Source: Penicillus capitatus | Lineage: Eukaryota > Plantae > Chlorophyta | Direction of reading: 5' to 3' | DNA length: 64,000 nt | Assembly: GCA_965649825.1 (NCBI GenBank) | Contig: OZ287704.1 | Location: 542,301-606,300 of the forward strand | Shown here: piece by piece, positions 1-10,586 of the stretch | Numbering within the stretch: the first letter of the stretch is position 1 | Layout of the letters: each line of letters begins with the position of its first letter | Notes under the pieces: model-generated | Databases searched by the model: none | Told to the model about the DNA's origin: nothing | The model's input: the letters and a program-made list of their open reading frames with translations, nothing else | Made by a program: the position numbers and the translations under genes

Positions 1-451
1 CCTTGAATACGGGATCAACATATTGCTCGATTAACCGTTCGAGCTGTGACGTTATTGTATGTTTTCCTTTTGAACCTATTTCCTTTGCTGGGTAATAGTA
101 GTAATAAGGGGTATTATCGGAATTGCGTTCTATCCGAAACACTCCCGCTCTATAGAGAATGTAAGAAGCAAGGCGCAAAAGGATATCGTCCTCACTCATC
201 TCTAACGTAAAATAGAACCAATGGTAAACTTTGGAAGGATCGTTGCGGTATTTCTCGTACCAGTCCATAAATGGTTCCCAGCCGTAATGGTTTACCGCAA
301 AGTGGGACTTACCTGCTCCTGTACCACCGCCAATGACGTACTTTACCCCTCTCTGTAGGGTCTCAATGCCTTCAAGGCCAGTGTGCAGTCCTGCAAAATC
401 CCCGCGTTTACCTGCTTCTATCCTACGGTGCAGTTTTGAAGTATATGACAA
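1..451 (-). CDS. DnaB-like (SF4) replicative helicase, phage/bacterial type, N-terminal part; runs off the left edge
   Basis: Not in the ORF track; hand translation from TTG at 451 is open to base 1: MSYTSKLHRRIEAGKRGDFAGLHTGLEGIETLQRGVKYVIGGGTGAGKSHFAVNHYGWEPFMDWYEKYRNDPSKVYHWFYFTLEMSEDDILLRL... Walker A GGGTGAGKS (305-331) and DnaB-type FTLEMS motif (194-211); intronless; starts 1 nt after the stop of the upstream ORF. Confidence 0.85.
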   Translation of the reverse strand, partial: MSYTSKLHRRIEAGKRGDFAGLHTGLEGIETLQRGVKYVIGGGTGAGKSHFAVNHYGWEPFMDWYEKYRNDPSKVYHWFYFTLEMSEDDILLRLASYILYRAGVFRIERNSDNTPYYYYYPAKEIGSKGKHTITSQLERLIEQYVDPVFK

Positions 452-452
452 T

Positions 453-867
453 TTAATTCATTTTTTCTATCCACGCCTCTTCCGCTGAAGGGGGAGCTTT
501 TTCTGCTTGTGCGGCCTTGGCTTCATCCAGCCGTGTTTCAAAGGTATTGCCCGATCTGTTAGGGCGGATGTTGTATAAATTCTTTGGCAGTAAGTATCTG
601 TTCATGATCACAGGTTCCCCACCTGCCCCGTCGGTAACCAAATCTTTCCATTCCCTAACAAAATGCTCGTGCAGTAGCTTGAAGTCCTCCACTGTGTACT
701 TGTCCAGCCAGCGTTTGGCCAGCTTGACCGTACTGGGGTTTACCCTGAAATTAGCTGGAAGACCTGCTATCTTTTTCGTCTCTATAAGATGTTCAAGCAC
801 CTCGACCGCATCAGAGTCAAATGTAGCCTCTTTTTGTAAGTTGTGCAAGATTTTCTTGCCTTTGTCG
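453..867 (-). CDS. Phage replication-initiator-like protein, C-terminal fragment (Phg_2220_C-like), 5'-truncated at the junction
   Basis: VLEHLIETKK...VNPSTVKLAKRWLDKYTVEDFKLLHEHFVREWKD...MNRYLLPKNLY...TFETRLDE resembles the conserved phage C-terminal domain pattern (YTVDDFK..VID.K..EW......M..YLRP.TLF..KFE.YL). The frame is open up to the junction at 867/868 (TDKGKKILHNLQ...), so the true start is missing. Confidence 0.7.
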
Positions 868-3800
868 GTACTCGTAGCTCATCCAGTGCGGCAAGACACC
901 GAAGACTCCTGCATCGGGATCAGCGTCGTCTTCTCCTTCCCTCAGTATCTGCTTCAAGTACTCGACGACGAACTTCAGAATGTGATATGCGAAAACGATA
1001 AAAACGACAAGATTCAGCAAGACACAGGCGGCGGTGAGCAATTCTCGGGTGGTGTTATCTGTAAAATCCTCTTCCTTGAGCATGGCTGCGGCCAGTGTTG
1101 TCACCAGGGACGCAAACAGGGACACGACTTCGAATCTGTTCAGATCTTCGAATCTCCGACGGTAGGGCGCTGTCGCGATTTGTGCGACGATGGTGAGTAT
1201 GATGAAGTGGGCCAGTCCTGTGATCGGCAGCACACTGTCGAAGAGGTGTGCGCAGAACACGAGAAAGGCAATGGACACCTTTCTCGCAACGACAGCCACC
1301 TCCCAGTATCGACGGCGTCCCAATCTGTAGCTTCGATACAGGAATCCCATCGTTTCGTAGACCCAGCCGTTCTTGTCCTTGAGGCACTCGACGGGACTGC
1401 TGAGAAAGATACCGAAGAGGATCAGCAATCCGCCGTACACAGGACACGCGTATGCCAGGACGACGAAGTAAAGCAGTTTGAGATGATCGCCTTCGTAGCA
1501 CTTCAAACTCGTATCCACCGCCCAGTACTTCGTCGTGCTGCTGTCTCCGACAGCTGGAGAATCGTAGACGCTGATGCAGAGGCCGACGCTCAATGCCGTC
1601 TTGAGCACTGACACGAAGGTGATGTACCACAGCACCATCAACGACAAGAGCCATCTCTTCTTCATGTAGTATCGCGGTTTGTTTGTTCTCAACTTCGCCG
1701 ATTTCATCGCCCAGAACGCGATCCAGAAGAGCAGTGTGGCTGCTGGAATGACACAGACATTGACGACGGCGGCTGATATCGTCGGATGCAGGGACGGGTT
1801 ATCGGAGCTTAGGCACACGACTGAGCGGCGATTTCCGTCAGACGCAAGGCCGCTGACGTACTCTACAACGCGAATGACTGACTCGTGCAGAGTGCTCGAC
1901 TCTTGATCTCACCTGCAGCTTCTGCCACGACGATCAGAGGTATTGCCCATCCCGCATCCAGGGAAGAAAGCAGCACAGTCACCTGAACGTAGCTGAGTGT
2001 GATCTGAGGAAGCATCGATCATCCGTCAGAGAAGCGTTCGATTGCACATACCTTGAACATTTCGACGGCCTTCCACTTCGTGAGTACCTTTTCGGATACC
2101 GGGACTCCATCGGCCGCCCGATCCTGCTGCACTCAGTCGATAGAGCGCAGAAGATTCATTGAAACTTGCCTGTTCTTCCAGTAGTGGAGCATCGACCTGT
2201 CCGGCAGACGACGGCATTGCTCGCTGGCGGTGAAGCAATCTTTCTCTTCCGCGCGGAACGCTGAGGGTGCCGCGGATGGTGATGCCGGTCAGACCGACCA
2301 GAAACAACACCGACAGCAAAATGAAGAAGACACTGAAGAAGCCTTCGAAGCACCTTTTGCACTTCGAGGACAAACCCGTCCCGTAGCCGTGCTCACAAGA
2401 TCCACACAGTGGACCAGTGTAACCCTGCAATAAACGAACCGACGATCTCCCGAATCCGAGACCCGAAGACGATTGCTTGCCTTTGCACACTGGGATTGCG
2501 TGTAGTTCTGTATCCAGGCTTCGTCGGAGGGGCAGCTGTCCAACTCCTCAGTAAGCTTCGTCAGTTCGTCTGAACGGCCTTCGAATCTGCAGGCATGCGA
2601 CGTCAGACACTTCCGCAGATGCGCCGAGCACGGTGTCTTCTGTCAGTATCCTTCGTCTGGTAGTATAATACGACCCTCGCAGTTGCCATTCATTGGACAT
2701 GGATGGCAGACGTTCGCCGTGTGAACGAAGTTGTAGGTTGTGCTGCTGCAATCGGCGCAGAGGGAACCAGCGGACACCACTTCGCCGATCGAACAGTTTC
2801 TGACGCTCACGACAATCGATATACTCTCGACCGCCTCATCATCGAACTGTAAGGTCAGATTGTGATCTCCTGCCGGGACGAAGCCTCTGATGCCGCGGAA
2901 AGCTGCAGTTCCATGTTTCATCTCTATGGTAACGGTTCCGATCAGGAAGTCGTCAAGTGAGGACAGGCTGGCTTTCACTGGACGACGCGTTCGTGCAGGT
3001 CCCTGTCTCAGTTCATCCAATAGCTCTACCAATAAGGTAGGCATCTCCTTCCCGCTTCGATGCTCTTCGAACACATACTCTTCTCCACTCTCGGTCTTCG
3101 ATTCTTTGGAACCTTTGATTGTCATTTGCGCTATTGCTGGATAGGTCCCGACGTCGGGACCGTAGTTTGTGGCTTGATTGTGCCGCCAAGACCAGCATAT
3201 GTCGTCGATGGATTTGAGATGGAACAGGGATTGCCACTCTCTCTGTCGGTAGAAGACCAGATCAACATCTCCGGCCGCCGAGCAACGAAATCGGATGGCG
3301 TCTAAGTAACCTGTGTGAATGGCTCCTCCGGCAATCTCAGCACTGTTCCTCGAGAACGTTGTGTTTGTCACGGCAATGAATGGACAGTCGGCGCTCTCTT
3401 TGAGGCATTTCTTTCTCTTTTGGCTGCAATCGTAGAAGAGTCCCCCTGAGGAAAGTTCTCAATGGCCCGGTGTCCACGGATCGGATGCTTACCCCCAAGA
3501 GTGGCTCTGTTCAGCAGTATTCTGCTATGGACCAATTGGAGCGCGAGAACCTGATCGGCGCTGGCTTCAAAGAAGATAGCACCGCCGTTACCATTCGCTG
3601 CAGAGTTCTCTCTGAGCGTGCAATTGACACAGAGAAGCGTCGAGGATGTGCTGCCCATGATGGCACCACCATGCGAGTGCGCATCGCAACGAACAACGTC
3701 AAGGCTTTTTGCCGTGAGATCAGATTCTGTCAGCGCAATTGCTCCCCCCTTCTTCGATCTCCCATGCGTCATTCGTGAATTGCTTATGAGAATCGAACTG

Positions 3801-5577
3801 TTTTGTTCTCCAGAAACGAAACCACCGGAAACCTGCGCTTCGCCTTCCGAGAAGAGTGAACCAGTGTCGTTCACCGTCGAGTCTTCGGCACATACAGAGC
3901 CTCCCAGATTGGCAGTATTGTTACTTGCTTTCGTGCCTGTCAACTCAAGCATTGAATCTCTTACGTGGATGAAACCACCACGCTTTGCGCTGTTGCTTGT
4001 GGCCTGCGTTTCTGCGAGACGGACTCTTGAACAAAAGGATTCGAGGAAGCCTCCCCTATCCGCGTAATTGCCAATTGCTTTTGTTCCCTTCATGTCGAGT
4101 GTCGAGAACAAAGTCATGACAAGGCCTCCGCTCAACGCAGTGTTGTTGACTGCCTTTGTCCTGGCAAACTCAACTGTGGAGTTCCTGGCCAGGATAAATC
4201 CTCCCAGTTGAGCAGTATTGTTGATTGCCAAAGTTTGATCCAAAGAGATGGCAGATTCGATTGCATGGACGAAGCCGCCCATCCCGCTGTTCACTATTTC
4301 ATATGTCTTGCTTCTTGATTTGGATGGAACCTCCTCTCTCACATCTGGGATGATCGTACGATAAGGAACTTGGTTGTTAATTGCACGTGTCTTCACAAAC
4401 GAAAGTGTCGATCTGTCGGCAAAGATAAAGCCGCCAGCCACTTTGGCACGATTGTTATATGCCTTCGTCGATGAAAGTTTCAGAGTCGAGTTCACTGCAA
4501 ATATAAATCCTCCATCGCGATAAGCTCCGTTTTCTGTGGCTTCTATCGAAGACAGCTTGAGAATTGATCGTTTTGCATGAATGCAAGGACCGTTGTCTGC
4601 ACCGTTCCCATGGAAGGTAGAATGGGACAAAGTGACAGTCGAGTTTGTTGTTTGGATGACGGATTCAGAATCTTGAGGATGGTTCTTCATGAAGCGGATA
4701 TTATCCATTTCGGCAGATGATTCGATAAATACCAGGCAAGGAAGTCCGTTCTCATTGAACGACGAATTCGACATGGAGATGAATGCATCTTCAATTCGAA
4801 AGATATAACATTCGTTTCCAGCTGCTGTTAGTCTTTTGACCTTCGTATGGGATCCAGGGGGCACCGAAAACAGGGCTGTAGATAGTCCCGGTCTGCCAAA
4901 GGTCATTTTGGTGACTGTGCAATTCTCCAGTCGGTTCTTTGTTGAGAGAATGGCTCCACATGCACTACTTGTGCATACCGTGTTATGGAAATCGACGTTA
5001 AATAACTCCGACTCGGAGCAAGATGGAGAAGCCATTTGAAGACCTCTCACATCCGTGCCATTTTGGAAGACGACATGGTGCAGACGCACCTGGCCAGTTA
5101 TGTCTCCAGCACCACACGCTCCAACCTCGATTATTGAGTCCCGGAGCTGACATTGTTAGAATATCAGATTAGCAAACGTTACACTCTTTGTCCTGCAGGA
5201 ATAGATGAAGGTGGTGAGTTTTCAGAGAATTCTTACTTCACGAGGAATATGCTGGTTCTGGAGTGCTGTGGGCATGTAAATCTCGTCTTCGTTTTCGAAC
5301 GAGGAACCATTTCTCCGAAACGGATAGGTACGTCGACGTGTGCACTCAGGGTTAGTTCCCAAGGAATGGTGACTGTCGATCTTGACTCGATGATGCAGCT
5401 TACATTGAACAGGATGATGTCGCCTCGCTGAGTGCAGTCGATCAAAGATTGCAAATCGTGATCAATACCGCTAAGGAAGGTTTCATCCACAAACCACGTT
5501 CTGCTCTCCTCTTCCAAGTATCTGTCGATGGCATCTTCTGTTAAGTAACACTGAATAGCAAAAGGACCAGAACCCAA
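817..5577 (-). CDS. Multi-exon Pmp-like (parallel beta-helix, GGA(I/V)/FxxN repeats) protein with Cys-rich linker and C-terminal multi-pass TM domain; last 21 codons replaced by foreign sequence
   Basis: Exons at about 5233-5577, 3368-5089 (GGFI..N.A repeats), 2643-3371, 2289-2543, 2026-2490 and 817-1818 (about 7 hydrophobic helices), separated by short GT-AG introns; the exact start exon is uncertain. The C-terminus differs from the twin at 61904 after ...WMSYEY. Confidence 0.8.
868..2898 (+). repeat. Segmental direct duplication, copy 1 (copy 2 = 61970-64000)
   Basis: Near-identical sequence at offset 61,102 with scattered SNPs (e.g. TNKP/TNRP, ILTIV/ILAIV); identity starts abruptly at 868/61970. 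Confidence 0.95.
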
Positions 5578-7307
5578 GAAGCCTGTCTGTCTGTATTGAA
5601 GAGAAGTTAAAACAATTCGTGCCTATGGGATATTTACTCATAAGAAGGAATGTCTGACAGCAGTGAAAATCTCCCCTACAACAACAAAGAAATGAAACTG
5701 CCACACTCTTTGGCCCAGACAGATTAACCGTTGGCTCTGAGTGTCCATATTCGGCATACTGGACTGAGATCCCGGTGGGTCGAAAACAGGTCTGTACGTC
5801 GAATATGACAAGGCGTGGAAGCTGACCTGTTTAATAACAAAACATGAAGGAAAGAAACCAAGGCAGTGGCAGAATACGAGCAATAGTCGACGAACCCGTT
5901 AGACCAAAATGACCTCGAAGAACCAAGCTCGAACAGTCTGGGTAGCGCGCCAACGCCTCCAGACACATGCATAGCAGCAGAAGAAGCCTTCGCAGCGTTA
6001 AGCAACCAACATTTTTTGCATTCGTTTGCGAAACATCATCTCAAATAAGGCCGCGGGATGCGAAAACGTAATCACTTGATCGGTTTTCGTGACAAGATGG
6101 AGCGACAAGACCCAACACGCACTGTCTTACTACCACTGAATCCTCCCCTTGTCTTCATCTTTTTGTCCTCCTTGCGTTAGAGAGCATTTCTCTCTGTCGC
6201 TGTTCCAAACGTCCTCTTCTCGAATAATCGGCTCATGACAACAGCAACGTCGTCAACGAGTTCTGCAAGTGGTCCCCGACAGGAAGGCAATGATGAGGTG
6301 GAGCATTTTTTCAGGTGAATAGCAGGTGAACAAACTCTTCTTTCACGAACATTGTGTCTTCGAAAGCCATCTGCGTCTGGAATTCAGATTGCCGCTCCAT
6401 GTACAGCATGTGACGAAAACCCAAGAAATGCGACAACGCATCTCTCTTCGATCTGAAGTAGAGACGACGATGGCCGATTCTTAGTCATTCTTGTCTTCGC
6501 GTCGCGTCTTTGCGTTTCGTTTCCGCTGTGCGCGCTAGTCCGACTTTCCACGGCCTGCGGACGACACCTTCTTGCTAGCTTCGCCGTTTGACTTATTCTC
6601 CACAGCAGAACAGTCGTGTGCATATGACCTGATCACTTCTGCCTGAACACGGATGCAGCAGTTCTCCGCGATCTCCTTGGGATCCTTGTGCGCCGACGAG
6701 AGAATCTGCTTCCTGTCCACCAGATACTGATCCTGAGACTTCGCTGTTGCTTCGCGCTGATCCAGATCTTGGCTACGCCTGCAGATGCATTCAAACTGTT
6801 CGATCACAGCTTGAGGCAATGGACAAGAAGTACTGTGTGGATTCCTGCATCAGGATGTCGTGTGTCCCATCAAGCTCCGCTTTTCTGCTTGGGCGCGCGA
6901 GGTGACAGGAAAGTGGTGCGAGAGAGAGACTACTTGTTGTCCGGTGCTGTCTGTTTTCCTTGGCTGCACGCTCTCTTGTTTTGCATCCCTGTCGACTAAT
7001 AGAGCTTGTGCGTTGCCATCTGGAGCTTTGTCCGTTCCGAAAAAGCATCTTCATTGACGATCATATCTTCCGCCAGCTCTAGGAAGAAGTTATGCCTGCA
7101 TTCCAGTTTGCGCACTTCCATTGCCGACAGCTCTCCGTGTGAAGAATCCCCACGCGAGTAAATCGATCTGTTCTTCACGCTGAGTGAGAGACATCCCTGC
7201 ACACATGACCCTCAATCGAATCCTCCAGATAACGAGATCAGATTGATTGTGTCTCATCAAGCCTCCTCTTCTGTACATCCAAGAAAATTAGACGTCGCCG
7301 GATGCAG

Positions 7308-7464
7308 TGTTCTGATGGAATACGATGAGAATAATCTAGAAAAAATGAACATTAAAACGGACGTGCTGGATCACAGGATTGTAACTGCGATCTGTACGTT
7401 TCACAAACGAACAGCCTACCGCGAACGCGCATTCCTTTACCCTTTCGAGCGAATTCTCACAACA
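7308..7464 (+). repeat. 5' LTR (157 bp)
   Basis: TG...CA ends with 7/8 terminal inverted match; contains TGTAA (7380-7384), the chlorophyte-type poly(A) signal. Confidence 0.97.
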
Positions 7465-10400
7465 TGGTTTCGGAGCGAGGTCTGCATGGCCTGCTCCTCT
7501 TCGGATTGAGCCTATTCTGGGTGACTGCACTTTGGGGTCACCAATCTGCTGACCTTGTAGATGTCAGAAAGACCACACTTGAGACCATCCGACACTTCGT
7601 ACACGGACAAGGCGACTGGACAGACGACTACATTTTCGATATAAAAAGAAATCTGGATCTACAACTGCTCCACGAAACAGGGGAAAGAAAGGCCGTGGCA
7701 GTAATCTTGTATTGCACAACAAACAAGTGTGACAGCATCTCGGAACGGCTCAGGACAATGAGCACCGAAAAAAATTCACACATGGAAGACTGCATGCACT
7801 ACATAAAGGGACACAGTGAAGAACACGAGGATCTTGGAGGACAGACGCAAAAAACGATCATTGATGCGATCGGTGAATGTCCAAACAGCGTCATCGTATA
7901 CGATGCTCTACAGGGAATGACCCTGAGTGAGGCGAAGGTTCTTGTCAATGTTCTGTCAGAGGGAGGATCACTTACCTGGGACGGAAAAACGATAAAAACC
8001 ACAAACAGTTTGCTTTTCTTAGTAGTGAGTGGGACACCATCCGATAGGGAATGGCGACCGAAGGAGCTTCTAGAGACAGCGCGGCATCGAGTATATGAAA
8101 TGATAGTCGGGGATAGCGAAGACAACGAAACCCGTGTCTCGATCGCAAGGGCCCTACGTCGAAGATTTGAAGAGGCTGTGCCGATCTCCCAAGATGATTA
8201 TCAGAGGGCCCGGGTTGATGAACCGGAGGTGATGGTCGAAGAGTCTGCAGAAGGCCCAGCCAAGGCCGAGGATCCAGAAGTGCTGATAGAGGAATCTAGA
8301 GAGAGCCCAGAGCCAACGCGTGAGGAAAGCCAAGCGTCGATGGAAACACCGGAACAAGAAGCAGTGACAGAGACGACTCCGGAAGATGTCTTCAATATGC
8401 GCGGAGTTGAAGACGCTCTGCCTCAAGCTGAGTGGCCGCTCACAGTGGAACCAGGGGAGGTTACGCCAGAGATGGGCTTTCAAGAACGCGCCTTCAACGT
8501 ATTAACACAGTCGGTATTGACAATGGGAATACACGGAATCGTCAATTGGATGGTTGGAGGACGGGTTACCGCAGCAGTATCATCACCTGGGATAATCTCA
8601 GCCTTCACCGCAGCGACCCTCAACAACATGCCAAAGAAAGAAAGTAAAATGGAACGGGACATGAAGGTTTTCCTCCGAACGGCTCACGAATTCATGAAAT
8701 TGATGAATCACACCGCGGAAGTGGGAGAGAAACACAAGAAGCTAACGATCGGGAGCGACGACAGGATGTCGGACGATATGGCGGATGAAATGAAGAAGAC
8801 GCTGCACAACATCAAAGGCCACATGGAAAACATCACATCCATACTCGACGAATGCGCATGTGACGACATAAACGACGGATGGAAAACTAGCCGAGGAGAA
8901 GAAACCTGGATAGAGAGAGTAGTCACGTGGATCCTCGGCGCTCGAGATAACATGGTGACGTGGACCGTTGGAGTCTTGTGGGATATATTCGGCTGGCCGG
9001 CCCTGCGAGGGGCATTGATAACGAAGAATGGTTGGCAACTGCTCGGAGTCATGATTGTCCTAGGGAAGATCATAAACTGGATTGGATCGATCTTCGCATG
9101 TTTGGCGCGGAAGATAAGAATGGTAATAGGCATCGTTCGAGGCCTATGGTGGACAATGAGATTCGCATGGTTTTGCCTAAGATTCGATTGGGAAGGCCTA
9201 AAAGGTTTATGGACGTCCAGAAAGGAGGGATACACGCAGCAGCCTCAGCCTCAGCAACCGCAGCCGCAGCAGCAGCCTCAGCCTCAGCAGCCTCAGCAGC
9301 CTCGGAGAGAAGAAGAAATCGTGACTATAGGTGATGCGAGACAGGAACGTATGATGCAAGAAGTCAGAGAAGAGATTCGCAATCTCACAGAAGGTGTTGC
9401 GCGAAATGCAGAAGAGATGGAGGAAAGGGTAATCAATCAACAACGGATGATGCAAGGCACGATTGAATCAAGCCTCCAAACTTTAAATCGAAGAGTGGAA
9501 GAGTTGGACGACAGAATTCGAAGGGATCCACAGGCGCCAAGGCAGCAGGCACGAGTCCCATCGATGAGTGACTGGATTGAAGCGGAGAGAAGGCACCGGG
9601 GAGGTGGTATGACAGATCATGACCGCAGACGACTTGAGAGGCAGTATCGGAGAGTGCAGGAACATGTGCAAAGGCAACCACAAGGAGAAGTGGGAGAAAT
9701 ACAACCAGACGTACATATCGACCAAGTCAAAAGACAACAAGTTACATTCGGTCCAGCGATCCAAGATCTGCAAAGAATGTTGCCCAAAGGAAAGGAAGAT
9801 ATTAGCCAGTTTGCGATTCGATTGACGACTTTAATGGAAAAGATCCGACATCCAGAGAAGTACATGGTCGCGTTCGAACGCGTTTTCAATATTGCCCATC
9901 CGAGAATACAGGCCCAACTTAGGACGCTTGGCTGTGACAACGCCCAAGAGTGGTCACGGGTCCAAAGAATCTTGCACGAGTTTATATCCAATGGACGTAG
10001 CACAGCAAGAATTCCGTTCCCCGGCAGACAACACGTTAAATCAGATGGACATGGATATCTATGTGAACATTGCAAGACAAGAGGTCACTCAGCGAAGGAT
10101 TGTCCACAAAGAAACTCAAAGATGACAGTGGTCAAAGATCGTATTCCCCAGACAAACGTTGTACATACAGACGACACGAAAACGGGGACAACTCAAAAAA
10201 GGCTAATTCGATACAACCTTCCGTTGAAGATCGCCGGCATCCCAAACAAGATTTCGTTCTTACTGGACACCGGTGCAGAGACTAACGTTTTGTCGGAATC
10301 CTTAGCAAGGACCCATCAATTTGTCTTGAACGAGACAAAAACAAAGGAAATCTCTGGATTTGACAATAGCACCAACAAACCGTTAGGGGAAGTCAAGTTA

Positions 10401-10586
10401 GATTGTTCTCTTGGCGACAAGGAGACACAACTCTCGTTTTTGGTATGCAAGGGGGTGACAAAACCAATTCTGGGGTTAGAAGCTTTACAAACGTTAGGCC
10501 TCCGTTTAGACTGCAAACAAGATTGTGTTTTTGATAGTGACGGTAGAAAGATTCTGATTCACCAAGTATCTCTGCCAAAAAACTGA
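7464..10586 (+). CDS. gag: Extended Gag-protease polyprotein (1040 aa): signal peptide, Torsin/LAP1-like degenerate AAA+ domain, acidic linker, TM segments, coiled coil, capsid-like region, CCHC knuckle, aspartic protease
   Basis: Hydrophobic N-terminus [64 protein letters not shown] and [12 protein letters not shown] motifs; Trp-rich hydrophobic block at about 8905-9212; [28 protein letters not shown] (10062-10103); LLDTGAET (10260-10283). Confidence 0.9.
   Translation: [1040 protein letters not shown]
7465..7480 (+). promoter_or_regulatory. Primer-binding site, tRNA-iMet-like
   Basis: TGGTTTCGGAGCGAGG directly after the LTR; 13/16 match to the canonical plant iMet PBS TGGTATCAGAGCCAGG. 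Confidence 0.75.
9237..9302 (+). repeat. Coding (CAG/CCT) microsatellite giving a Gln/Pro linker in Gag
   Basis: [22 protein letters not shown] immediately after the hydrophobic block. Confidence 0.9.

Noticed and set aside
517-1611. 364-aa plus-strand ORF (and its twin 61931-62713)
   Set aside because: Antisense shadow of the TM-domain exon; it crosses the foreign junction and has no motifs.
7315-7509. LTR-encoded peptide MEYDENNLEK... as a real gene (also 13609-13893)
   Set aside because: Short, continues into different sequence at each LTR, no motif; noted only as a possible overlapping uORF.
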